Below, piece after piece: positions 19,701-27,800 of a stretch of DNA of 64,000 nt. Position numbers and translations under genes: made by a program. The notes beneath the pieces were generated by a model, which searched no databases, was not told the origin of the DNA, and saw only the letters and a program-made list of their open reading frames with translations. The stretch's first letter is position 1. Each line of letters begins with the position of its first letter. This DNA comes from an uncultured virus (IMG/VR IMGVR_UViG_3300029787_000004) (taxonomy: Duplodnaviria > Heunggongvirae > Uroviricota > Caudoviricetes), in the IMG/VR virus record IMGVR_UViG_3300029787_000004; one strand, 5' to 3'.

Positions 19701-20312
19701 TATACATTTAGTAATCCACCTGTCGTTCTTCTTACTCCTCCAAACTTTGAAGTAGAGGAAATTAAGAATGTAAACTACGCGGGTGATTATGGAGTTATTA
19801 GTGGAGTTGCCACGGCATCTTCTACAAAACTAGTATTTGATCTTCTTATCCCATCAGATTCTATTTTGAGGAGCACCGCATTCATGGGTCCTGGTGCTGC
19901 AAGAACAATTCCGAATATTGGAAGTGGATACCCATTTGTTGTATTTGATTCCAACATCGGTCAAGGAGTCACATCACTTGATCTTGGTGGTTCTGTTCTT
20001 GGAATTGGAACAACTTGTTTAGATAATGTATATGAAGCAGCATCTGTCTCTATTGCAACAACGGAAGCAGTTGGAATCGGAACAACTTATGTTGTCAAGG
20101 TCACAGTAAATGTTGATAGTCTCAATGGCATAACAGGAATTGGTTATAGTCAATTCTTTGGTAGATATAGTTGGGGTCAACTAAAAACGTTTAGTAGATC
20201 TGGTATTGCAAAAACATTTACACCTGCACTAAATAATGGATTTACCGGAATATCAACCGGACCATTGATTCTGAGGAGTTTACCCTTGAAATCAGTTGGT
20301 TATCTAACATAA
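7779..20312 (+). CDS. gp7: giant baseplate wedge initiator gp7-like protein (4177 aa)
   Basis: Position between gp6 and gp8; FYRSKGT...ILFKALY and HTSGFKKFADL motifs; many GxGY beta repeats. Confidence 0.85.
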   Translation: MLEKRVKIQSVVENQLPIFLGAELEGASDFLKTYYKSVEYQGGPIDILENIDQYRKVGTYTSIVGFTTVTSNINIEDSTINVGNTSGWPEKYGLLKINDEIISYTGKTNTTFTGCIRGFSGITSYRGNSGPDELIFQDSEADEHVSADQVENISSLFLKEFYKKLKTQYLPGLSNTQLHDELNVSNYLIQGSDFYRSKGTSDAFEILFKALYNEDVNVLKPQDDLFAPSDAQYSKIIRLNVEPTDQSIDTTEAYLTGFITKNIYQENSDGEVIASGSVVKSERFRVDGKDFFQIDLDYSEPKDINVVGSIYGNFKITPQTKVVGNVSVASTFIDVESTIGFPSKGELQVLFSNDDIGIVSYTSKNVTQFLNLDGVVNGVLDKQEIFQNIKSYGILSDGSEFEFRIKGSLGALNIKAPDLATPYFVEGDVIKNQSLGYSKSNIVTDSLLSNETSRFDIKHAKILNQNQLGQNPNIISLYQIETKQQHDLSIGDSVQVITTTGLETSGVVNNIITEFTFDVSGLSGFDPDRGGEVRRLITKVNSQNNVVNNLPANVVKSFYDSNESVYIAAHSLPKYGDPIDPKTGNVVLSDNGRSSTAPLILSGDTIDYTGHGFFSGDEVYYRPDKFVERLSGYGEPIAITTERTLGNLSEGKYFVKRIDADSFKLSESKANIITNKFVDVTGIASNQVIFPIRSYDNQLDSSYGITKVPRFIEVPDKKVDIIPGKIGVLINGVDAHSYKSEDYCFYGNLTGINVLAGGSNYDVINPPNLIISDNIGTGATATTTVVGVLEEIEVDDSGYDFLDEPVVDISGGNGRGAKAKANLRSEKTVAFTDVSAGGGNVSLTDNTIGFTTYHRFRNADAVVYNANSLTPLGNLVNNSIYYVNVRSLNEVTLHGHRSTALAGVGTISITSFGQGNQYFTTVSEKKILSSVTIESGGEGYSSNVIKVSSTGINTSTDQISFINHGFNTGETVQYRFEGSSISGLTTDQQYLVTRVDDNLFKLSSAGIGTQFSSYNFDNKIFADLTSVGSASTYIFNYPDINVTITGNIGITTTNSLTFKSKLKPKFRGSITKINLERGGVAYGSSEVLNFERQPLITFENGSGAQLKAVVEGSTIKDVFVLNGGKGYNSSPELVVSGLGRDAKLTPILTGGRIISVKINDGGSGFSTNTTFVDVIANGQGAKASTKIKSWNVNQFEQKKNLLSVDDSLIAASGNEHSKGTYVSISAPRALREIIYAKNEDGTDAFGANTFDLLKQNGLEIPSLNHSPIIGWANDGHPIYGPYAYSNIDGGAIIAIKSGYELNPSIERPGSFPVGFFVEDYSFQNSGNLDEHNGRFCKTPDFPNGVYAYFATINSGKPNGDGPFKNYKEPVFPYLLGDSYNSVPSEFNFDRKNNQIDFEYVDLFRNTKPSKSSGLYGYNEYLNDSTRDAKQESIIESTRKGRITDYTIVSAGTSYRSGDTINLSKQPLYGRGARISVGRIVGKDIVSIGSSTITSENFELFVGGGLAIGYCTAPHNFENKNRAVISGLSTHSYADLNGTQNITNTQRIWILNEFLDSPTNTGLTTNIHLNGPYDPLYVRENSIIGIGQSVENLEQLKVLNVDPLNSVMRVQRNYNGTVGYAYSSGTIALDIRNKFAFDVGFTTFTSNPPTFQRYFDPSQVVGLGTTASVVGVGTTIAYQTHNNIAPPHLPENTDYQPGTAYTSRIIPIKTVFIPNHSFNTGDTLTYSNGGGTSVEVSDGIGTFVLADQSTVYAIKESSNLLGISTTKVGLGSTGSFVGLGSTAIQLAFTVSGVGVTHSFKAETNPITGNANIYEAVLTTKEAHGLTFNDNIRVVSIPDIQKNIFVQYNDYNRRIVFDRKKFEPSGITSFTNTINVPSHDLNSGDKVIYTTTGNAPVGLSDQSMYYVIAIDSNNLKLAQNKVDAVGLNPTPVSLGSTGSGEHFVSSINPKVNVTRGNLVSFATTDSSLAINVSGSKLSAFDLGFYKDPEYRDQFISTKESKSFEVQGIGTIGVTNPSAVNLKASASIPEVLYYKFTPININLSPTSKTEIFEDTEQSFSNVINVVNSVYQVDEYPTGITTTEFKFNLNSEPETSSYTSITDGSFYYTHKSPDATGAIDTLNIKTNSVNYTELPGITSIGSTTGSGGLVRLNGDMGSILKTRKKSVGYNYPSDPTLKVVTNVPEILRIEELNSFDSVGISSGGNGYNIEPGLVVIDALTNKKVENVVLQAEVKNGSVSKINIKENAKNLSDVAPNIITVNNPNGVGINTVGFNTVTKEVTIQLTTGFSTSTSFPFVVGKKVFIEGIGISSEGTGYNSPDYNFKFFEITDVDPNIGGIGSVTYQLDSTVTNPGTYVTTKSSGRIIPFEDFPIFTPNLKRNNFSINEDVVITNVLDTKNGKVSSWDNSNKILKVNSTKEVNIGDTVKGLGSGTIGKVSEKINVDSFYDIVGVEEIRLGWQKDTGKPSVNAQRIIDSDYYQYFSYSLKSQIAYDTWNDIVSSMNHTSGFKKFADLQIESRDENFNKASVASNDVELFVDLVSQLETYCRYDFDFVSETSKLISGSFLSDEILTRNIPIADFEESVGNRVLSIDNISNQFNNVPRSTRFEIVDTFGISGTRFRKYFILTNDKQFIDTRRMEIVELMIDDAGNGYIQEYAITDGATELNGYFDFIIKGSEGQLLFYPNDYDTNDFELRGLVYNVDRDVHHAVGIATLVGIHTVGDIVEVVSKGSKINPGVTTAVNILSIPVSQYDAGHKFQVQMSAGSNYEVVNINSIHNNNLTYGVEYANMSNLDRDTTTAVAGGIATFSSYVSGGVYYLNATPQAGVVGTGISFNIFAQQFLGGVSSLGIGTIQLTTGDLQAQYSDIPALGSPGITTIATFGNGTDKSEAAHILVNIHDVTNDRYELLEGIYMIDSSKIIYQSQYGNVDDDYNQENPGIGTITGIVDGNNYNVIYVAPPLANVRVKTLITSASETKGGVDELFQLNLFDTKVENFRGSYTNTQADVKRAFELTHGGFDIFGKDFDPSDPLVVDLDEDSILLPNHFFTSGERLQYNPTGSGTTSSIGIGTTTIAGYGTTDKLPEYVYAIKVDDKLIRLAETPSKALSSKVGDYLNLTSSGIGTIHQFLSQDQNTKCIVALDNNIQDPVIPGNVEHSLVEQMSFGGEFMRLSGITSFFGGDLLKVDKEFMKIKQVGFGSTNVIAVQRGWMGTGFGTHSLGAKVEKYEGGYNIVGNTINFYTAPGGLVPRETTDPDDLDYTGIQTTSVFQGRAFLRNGLVGTSTHTYATNYLFDSVSTELTGVGKTFTIKQDGINVEAFSTTHGLILINDIAQIPSQGSRINDFEFIENAGITSVVFSGFAASVTSDVNTGSIPVGGIIVSVGSSQGYGYQPLVAAGGTANVNGFGTVTSISIGNSGSGYRSGIATLDGVVRELSYNVGLRISDIDTVNVASIGTAIVSNGNITSVSITNPGTGYTFSNPPIVVFDEPIPYTRIPLVYHPDSPGSKIGTNAYIDIKVSQNSNVSSFNIINSGYGFKVGEILTVPKGGVTGIPTYSISTTPIGFGTNRYKVEFAEYDAVSGIITATIGIHTIVTTDQITLVDESLIFSCDSDQFKQKIGYPRPTDPASGTGRTVTAISSDSITFDVGPAQSGSSYIHRFVGAGVSDVRINVNRISSDKFTGWRFGDLDVFDKLDSFFDGNKQVFTMRKEGSPTSIRAQKGSLIDVEQTILVFLNNILQQPGVAYRFNGGSNITFVEAPKVGDTCSIMFYRGTGDVDVLSRDIIETIKTGDTVKIKSGDNQNSFVFNQDTRFVAGITTADTFATSPYQGPGLRTDVTVERPMTWCRQQEDLFLDGNPVTKDRDLYTARIFPEAHIIKPVGLGSTEIWVDSVASFDTYPESLRSNLQTVQVMNQDLKIGAAATAIVSGFGTVSSISITNSGLGYTMTPLVSIANSVGLGSATRATATASMTGTAITSITISNAGAGYTFSNPPVVLLTPPNFEVEEIKNVNYAGDYGVISGVATASSTKLVFDLLIPSDSILRSTAFMGPGAARTIPNIGSGYPFVVFDSNIGQGVTSLDLGGSVLGIGTTCLDNVYEAASVSIATTEAVGIGTTYVVKVTVNVDSLNGITGIGYSQFFGRYSWGQLKTFSRSGIAKTFTPALNNGFTGISTGPLILRSLPLKSVGYLT

Positions 20313-20332
20313 ATAACTAGAAAAAAGTTAAA

Positions 20333-21880
20333 ATGGCTGCGATTATAACTGAACAGTTTCGTGTCCTCAGTGCGGATAATTTCGTTTCTGGGATATCATC
20401 AACTGGTAGTTCATACTATACATGGGTCGGGTTACCAAATGCTGTCAATCTTGACGCAAATTGGAACACCAGCCCTCCATCACCGATAGATTCTATTGAC
20501 GAAGAGAATCGTTATTGGGATACGATGCTAGCTATGAAGAAGATTAATTCTTCTGATGTGAAAAGAGTTGTAGAAAAATATTCATGGGCATCTGGTGAAA
20601 AGTATGATATGTATAGGAATGATTATAGTAGAAATAATCTTGCCCCAGTTTCAAAATCAACGACGCTCTATAATTCAAAATATTATGTAATCAATAAAGA
20701 TTACAGAGTTTATATTTGTTTGCATAATGGTATTTCTCCTGAAAACCCGTCTGGAAAACCATCTCTCGATCAACCACTGTTTACTGATTTAGAACCAAGA
20801 TCAGCTGGTAGTAGTGGAGATGACTATGTTTGGAAGTATCTTTATACTTTAACACCGTCAGATATCCTTAGATTTGATTCTTCTAATTTTATTCCTGTTC
20901 CAAATGATTGGAAATCAAATTCTGATAACATAGCAGTTAAGGATAATGCTTCTACCAGTGGTCAAATCAAAATTGTAACAGTTTCTGATAGGGGTGCTGG
21001 TTATGGAACTGCATTAACTTATAGCAATGTAGATATTTTTGGTGATGGCGAAGGGGCAAAAGCAAGTGTAACTGTTAACGCTGACGGTAAAATTCAAACG
21101 GTTGACGTTTCTACCGGTGGATCAGGATACTCATTCGGAACTCTTGACTTGGATGGTGCAGGTATTGTCAATACCGCATCTAGTGTGGATGCAGTTACTA
21201 ATGTAATTATTCCACCAGCTGGTGGTCATGGCGCTGATATTTACAATGAACTTGGTGCTCGTAAAGTCATGATCTATTCAAGACTTGAAAATGATGCCAC
21301 TAACCCTGATTTTATTACTGGAAACGAATTTGCCAGAATTGGTGTTGTTAAAGATCCTCTTGTTTATGGATCAACTAGTAGAGTATCATCAGAAAAAGCA
21401 AGTGCTGTTTATGCAGTAAAAGTTACTTCTGGTCAATTAAGTCAAGTCTCATTTGTTGAGGATGATGTAATCACACAAAATATTGGAGTTGGATCAACTG
21501 CAATTGGTAGAGTTGTTTCTTTTGATAATAATACTGGTGTTTTAAAATATTGGCAAGATAGTCAAGTAGCAACATCGTCTACCGCTGGGGTCAATCCACT
21601 TTATGGATATAAACAACTAAGATTCCAAAATTCACTTACAAACGGTGGTTCTTTTAATATTAATGGTGGTAATGCCACTGTTGCTATTGACACATCTTTC
21701 TCGGGTATCTCTACCGTTCTAAATAATAGGACCTACTTCCTAGGCCAGACGTTTGACAAAGGAACTGCAAATCCTGAGGTTAATCCCCAGAGTGGACAGA
21801 TAATCTACGTTGATAACAGACCATCTGTTTTGAGATCGTCAAACCAAAAAGAAGATATCAAAATCGTTTTAGAATTCTAA
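20333..21880 (+). CDS. gp8: baseplate wedge subunit gp8
   Basis: MAAIITEQFR, YRVYICLHN, YVWKYLYT, IIYVDNR...QKEDIKIVLEF. Confidence 0.92.
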   Translation: MAAIITEQFRVLSADNFVSGISSTGSSYYTWVGLPNAVNLDANWNTSPPSPIDSIDEENRYWDTMLAMKKINSSDVKRVVEKYSWASGEKYDMYRNDYSRNNLAPVSKSTTLYNSKYYVINKDYRVYICLHNGISPENPSGKPSLDQPLFTDLEPRSAGSSGDDYVWKYLYTLTPSDILRFDSSNFIPVPNDWKSNSDNIAVKDNASTSGQIKIVTVSDRGAGYGTALTYSNVDIFGDGEGAKASVTVNADGKIQTVDVSTGGSGYSFGTLDLDGAGIVNTASSVDAVTNVIIPPAGGHGADIYNELGARKVMIYSRLENDATNPDFITGNEFARIGVVKDPLVYGSTSRVSSEKASAVYAVKVTSGQLSQVSFVEDDVITQNIGVGSTAIGRVVSFDNNTGVLKYWQDSQVATSSTAGVNPLYGYKQLRFQNSLTNGGSFNINGGNATVAIDTSFSGISTVLNNRTYFLGQTFDKGTANPEVNPQSGQIIYVDNRPSVLRSSNQKEDIKIVLEF

Positions 21881-21884
21881 GAAA

Positions 21885-24800
21885 ATGCCCCAGGAAACTA
21901 ATCTAAACATCACCCCATATTATGATGATTTTGATGCTGCGAATAATTTTCACAGAGTTCTATTTAAACCAGGAACTCCGGTTCAGGCTAGGGAATTAAC
22001 TGGTTTACAGTCTATTCTTCAAGATCAAATTGAAAAATTTGGAACACACTTCTTTAAAGAAGGTTCCAAAGTAATTCCTGGACAACTTTCTTATCAAGAT
22101 GTCTTCACTGGTGTATGCGTAGATCCGGATTTTTCTGGTATTCCGATTAGTTTATATGTAGAACAACTTGTTGGCAAGAAATTTAGAGGTGAAGAATCTG
22201 GAATTGAAGCAAGAATTGATTTTGTTTTAGACGCATCTAATTCTGAATTAAGTTTAGACACCTTATATTTTACAATTATTAAGAGTGGATCAAACTTTGA
22301 GAATGGTAATTTTATAGAAGGAGAAAATTTAGTTCTCCTAGAAACTATTTCCTATGGAAATACTGTAATTTCTACTAATCAAGGATTTGCCAGAGCTGTT
22401 TCAGTTGAAGCAAATATTACTGGATCTGCTGCAAATATTCAAGAAGGGGTATATTTTTTAAGAGGAAATTTTGTAACCGTCAGTCCCCAGACAATTCTTC
22501 TCCAACAGTATGATTCTATGCCAACCTTGAAGGTTGGTTTGACTGTTGTTGAGGAAATTATTAATGCTGATGAAGATCCGTCTCTTAATGATAATGCACA
22601 GGGTTTTAGTAACTATTCGGCACCAGGTGCAGACAGATTAAAAATCTCAGCCGTATTGTCTTCAAAGTTAATCATCGATAATGATGATCCAACTTTTGTT
22701 GAATTAATGAGAATTCAAAATGGAGAAATTGAAACTTTTGTTAGAAATAGCGAATATAATTACGTTAAAGCAGAATTTGCTAGAAGAACTCATGACGAGT
22801 CTGGTAATTATTATATCAAACCTTTTGAACTTTCAATTAAAAATACTTTAAACAACTATCTTGGAAATGATGGATTATATAACGCTGATGAATTAACATA
22901 TCAAGCAAATACTCCTTCTGATTCTCTGATGGAGTATGTGTTCTCCTCAGGTAAGGCATATGTAAGTGGATTTGAGATTGATAAGCAAACTGATACAATT
23001 ATTGATGTTGAAAAACCTAGATCTACTAGAAGAATATTTCAAGAAGCTGTACCTATTTCAATCGGTCCAAAAATTGCAATTAACAATGTTCATGGTTCAC
23101 CTGTTGTTGGTTTTGGAACTACTATTGCAGCAACTCTCAGAGATTCAAGAGTTGGCGTAGGTTCTACTTTACCAGCAGGTCAAGCAATTGGTGAATGTAG
23201 GATTTATGATTATAATTTAGAATCACAAGTTTTTGAGGGTCCTCAATCAGAGTATACGCTGAGACTATTTGATATTTCTCCGTATACAAAATTAGAGATC
23301 ACACAACCTTTCACTTCTTTACGTTCTGGTGCTTTCCTGTCTGGACAAAATAGCGGTGCATCTGGATTTGTTGTTGATAATGCTTCTGGAATTTCCACTC
23401 TTAGTCTTAGACAGGTAAAGGGTACGTTTCATAAGGGAGAAAAAATTTCTGTTGATGGCGTAGATTTTACCACTACTGTCGCTATTACCACAAATTATGA
23501 TATTTCAAAAGTAAAATCAGTATATCAAGGAACATCAGTAGGAATTCAGACATTTAATGCTGATTTAAAACTTTCAACAAAGAGAAAGTTTGGAACTTCT
23601 TTCACTATTACGGGTAGAGGTGGTAGCAATGCAGCTGCTACTCCTGCTGGTTTTAGTACAATTACTGCTGAAAGAGGCACGTTTGTTGGTATCGTTACTA
23701 CAAACGATCTTGTTAAATTTATTTCAACTGACAATACTGTTTCTGATCCAGTTTTACTTAGAGTTCATAGTATTAACAACACAGCGTCTGAGATGACCTT
23801 AGCAGGCATTCAGACCGTCTCTAATCTGTTTGATGGTGCTCCGCCTGCCAATGTACAACAAATCACTGATTTAGAGGTTGTGAGTGGTGATTTAATTAAT
23901 GTAGATGACAACACATTATATACGCAATTAGGTGCGACTAACATTGATAATGTTGATCTTGGAACTGCACAGATTGTAATCAAGAAAGTCTTTACTAACG
24001 TTTCATCTGCTTCTAGTACGCTTACATTACCAACAGCTGTTGATAATGAATTCTATCTCCCGTTTGATGAGGAGAGATATCATGTTGCTTATAGAGATGG
24101 CACAATCCAACCTTTAACAGAGGATATGGTCGTACCATCTAGTAATTCAAAAACAGTTACTATTGGTGGATTGTCAAGAGAATCAGAAACAGATATTAGA
24201 GTTGCTGCAACTCTCAATAAGAATAAAGTTGTTCAGAAACAAAAATTCCTTAATAACGTCTCCTCTGTTTTAATTACTAGATCTAGTGATACAGCTTCTG
24301 GAATTGGTTCAACCACTCTCAATGATGGATTAACGTATAGTAATGTATATGGAACCAGGGTACAAGACAAAGAAATTTCTTTAAACAAACCAGATGTTCT
24401 TAGAGTTCTTGGTATATTTGAATCTGATGATCAAAATGATCCAAATCTGCCTACTGCAACTATAACATCTATTAGTGGTCCTAATCAATCTGCATCTGAT
24501 TTTATTGTTGGGGAACAACTTATTGGTGAGGATACGAAAGCAGTTGCTAGAATTGTTTCAGCAGTTTCTGGAACAGTTATAGAACTTGTTTACTTAAATG
24601 AAAAAACATTTTCCTTTGATGAAAGAATCATCGGGCAAACATCTCAGATTGCTGCAACAGTTACAAAATTAGGTCAAGCAGATAAAAATGTTACTGGTGA
24701 TTACCTTGTTGACAATGGTCAAAGAAATTCTTTCTATGATTACGGAAGAATTAAGAGAAGAAAGGATAGAGAAAGTGCAGGGAGAAAACTAAGAATTATC

Positions 24801-27800
24801 TTCCAAAATTTTGTTGTCGGTTCAGGTGATAGTGGCGATGTATTTACATCAGAAAGTTATGAAAATGAACTATATTCAAATGATATTCCATCCTTCAATG
24901 GTATAAGAAATACTGATATAATTGATATCAGACCAAGGGTTGGGGATTATGATTCAACCTCCACATTATCTCCATTTGATTTCGCAACTAGAAACTTTAC
25001 CCAAAGCGGACAGTCAACCTCAAATATCTTAGTATCAGATGAAAATTTGGTCCTTAATTATGAATATTATCTTGGCAGAATTGATAGAGTATTCTTAGAT
25101 TCTTCTGGTAATTTTAATATTGTTAATGGCGTTCCTTCTGAAAATCCAGAACTGCCTGCTGCATTAACTGATAGTTTGGAAGTTGCAACAATCAATCTTC
25201 CTCCATACCTGTTCTCTCTTGATGGAGCATCTATTCAAAGAATAGATCACAAGAGATATACTATGAAAGATATTGGAGATCTTGATAGTAGAATCACTAA
25301 TCTGGAATACTATACAGCACTTTCTTTATTAGAGAAAGAAACTGAGGCGCTCACAATTCAAGATGCTAAGGGTCTTGATAGGTTTAAGAGTGGTTTCTTT
25401 GTTGATAATTTCAAAACTCATCAGATTCAAGATCAGAGTAACGAAGATTTTAGTTGTTCTATTGATACCTATAATGGTGAACTGAGACCAGCTCACTTCA
25501 CCACGTCAATTGACATGGTGCTCGCAACTGCTGCAATTACTGGTATTGGTGCGTCAGTACCATCTACACTTGATCAACGTTTTAATAATCAACTTACAGA
25601 TCCGAATATCAGAAAGACTGGTGATTTAGTTACTCTCAACTATGCAGATCTAGTTGTAATGCAAAATATTTTTGCATCACGTGTTGAGTCTGTAAACCCA
25701 TTCTTAGTCACTAATTGGACAGGAACACTACATCTTTATCCATCTTCTGATATTTGGGTTGATCAAAAAGTAATCAAGACATTTGAATTTGATACCACTG
25801 GTCCTGATTTTGTAGCATCAACGCAAACAATTGGAATTGATGAAGCAAAAGGATTTGCTGAGATTGAGTGGGGATCTTGGGTAGACACAGTTGTTGGTAG
25901 AGAAACAAGAACATCTGACGATACAGTTGTGTCCTCTACAACAAAACAACTTAATGCGACAGATGATATTAAAACAACTACAACCAAGGTTGTAAGAACA
26001 ACATCTGATGTTCAACTTCTTAATAAAACAAGAGATGGTGTTGCAATTAGAAAATCACCTCATACTAGAAAACAAATTGTTGGTAGTAGAGTTCTGAATA
26101 GATCCAATATTCTCTATATGAGATCTCGTAATATTGAATTTACAGGAACTAGATTAAGACCTAGAACTCAGGTATATCCAATCCTGGACAACCAGAATAT
26201 GGTTGATTATATGGCACCTAAGTTATTGGAAATTTCCATGACTGCTGGTACATTTACTTCTGGTGAGACTGTAATTGGATCGATGGCGCAGAGTAATACT
26301 CAGATCAATCCACTTCCAAATGAAGCAACTGGAACTTTTAAATTTAGAGTTGCAACCGCAAATCATAAAGGTGGCGCTTATGATGATCCTAGCGTTACAT
26401 TTACGTTAAACCCATACAATAACGATGAAACTTTACCAGATGACTACTCATCTGTTTCATCAGTATTGAACATTGATACTACTTCTTTGGCAGCACAAAC
26501 TAGTGGAGATTTCTTTGGGTATCCTCGTAGAGGAATGATTCTCAAAGGGTTGACAAGTGGAGCACAAGCAACAGTTTCTGATATTAGATTGGTAACTGAT
26601 GAAGTAGGTGGTGTTGTTGGTTGTATTTACATCCCAGATCCATCCAAACCAAGTAATCCTCAGTTTATTGCTGGAACTAAGGTTGTCAAACTAACTTCTA
26701 TTCCTCAAACAACATTTATTTCTTCACTGAATCAAACATCTGCGGAAACAACTTTCCAAGCAAATGGTTTATTAGAATTTACAGAAGAAAGTGTTGCATC
26801 TGTAAGATCAACTGCATTGCATAAATCAGTGTTCCAAGAGAACACCACTGCTGAAAATATTCTTGGCAAAACTAGCAATGTTCTTAGTGAAAATTCTGCG
26901 GATACTATCCTAAGAAACGTAAGACAAAATCCAGCAGCTAACTGTGATGCTCGTTATGTTGCATACACGACTGCTATCAATAACGGTTATAGTTCTTACA
27001 CTGCATATGCACGTGCGAAAGGGCATTATGAGCAAAATAGAATTTATGATACGGCATTCCTTCTGACTCAACCAGGTGCTCCTAGTTCTTGTGGTGGATC
27101 TGCTCCAAGAAGCGGTGGAAGAAGACCGGCACGAAGATCACCTCAAAGAAGAAGAGGAGGATCTCGTCCTCGTCCAACCACCAGGAACACCCCAAGGATC
27201 GCTTCTCCTATCGCAAGACGTGGACGTAGTGGTGGAAGAACTTACCACTTCGATAAGAATGGTGGATTGATTACAACAAGAGCTCTCAGTGGTGGTAGAA
27301 GAGCAACTTACACTTCCAATAGAAATGCCGGAACAGCGAATAGATCATATACCGGTAGAAATCTCAACTACAAAGCTCCAAGTCGTAGCAACCGTGGAGG
27401 CGGAGGCGGTCGTAGCAACCGTGGAGGCGGCGGTGGTGGTCGTTCCGGTGGAGGCGGCGGAGGAAGAACCTACAACTTTGATAATAGAGGTAATCTAATT
27501 TCGACCGCGAATCTTGGTAGCACAAGAACAGCTTCTACGAAAAAGTGTAAGAGTGGAAGAGATCCTTTGGCTCAGTCGTTCTTTGTTAACTCCTCTGATG
27601 GCATGTTTGTTACTGCTATTGAGTGTTACTTCCAAGTTAAGGATGGAACACTACCAGTGACGATGCAGATTAGAACAATGAGAGATGGCACTCCAACCAC
27701 AACCATTGTTCCATTCGGTGAGGTAGATCTTTTACCATCACAGGTGAATATTAGTGATGATGCATCAGTTGCAACTAAGTTTACTTTCCCATCACCAGTA

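Noticed and set aside
18171..19717. 20-bp exact repeat GGATATACATTTAGTAATCC (18171 and 19698) in gp7
   Set aside because: Explained by the internal protein repeat GYTFSNPP; no evidence of a recombination or inversion site
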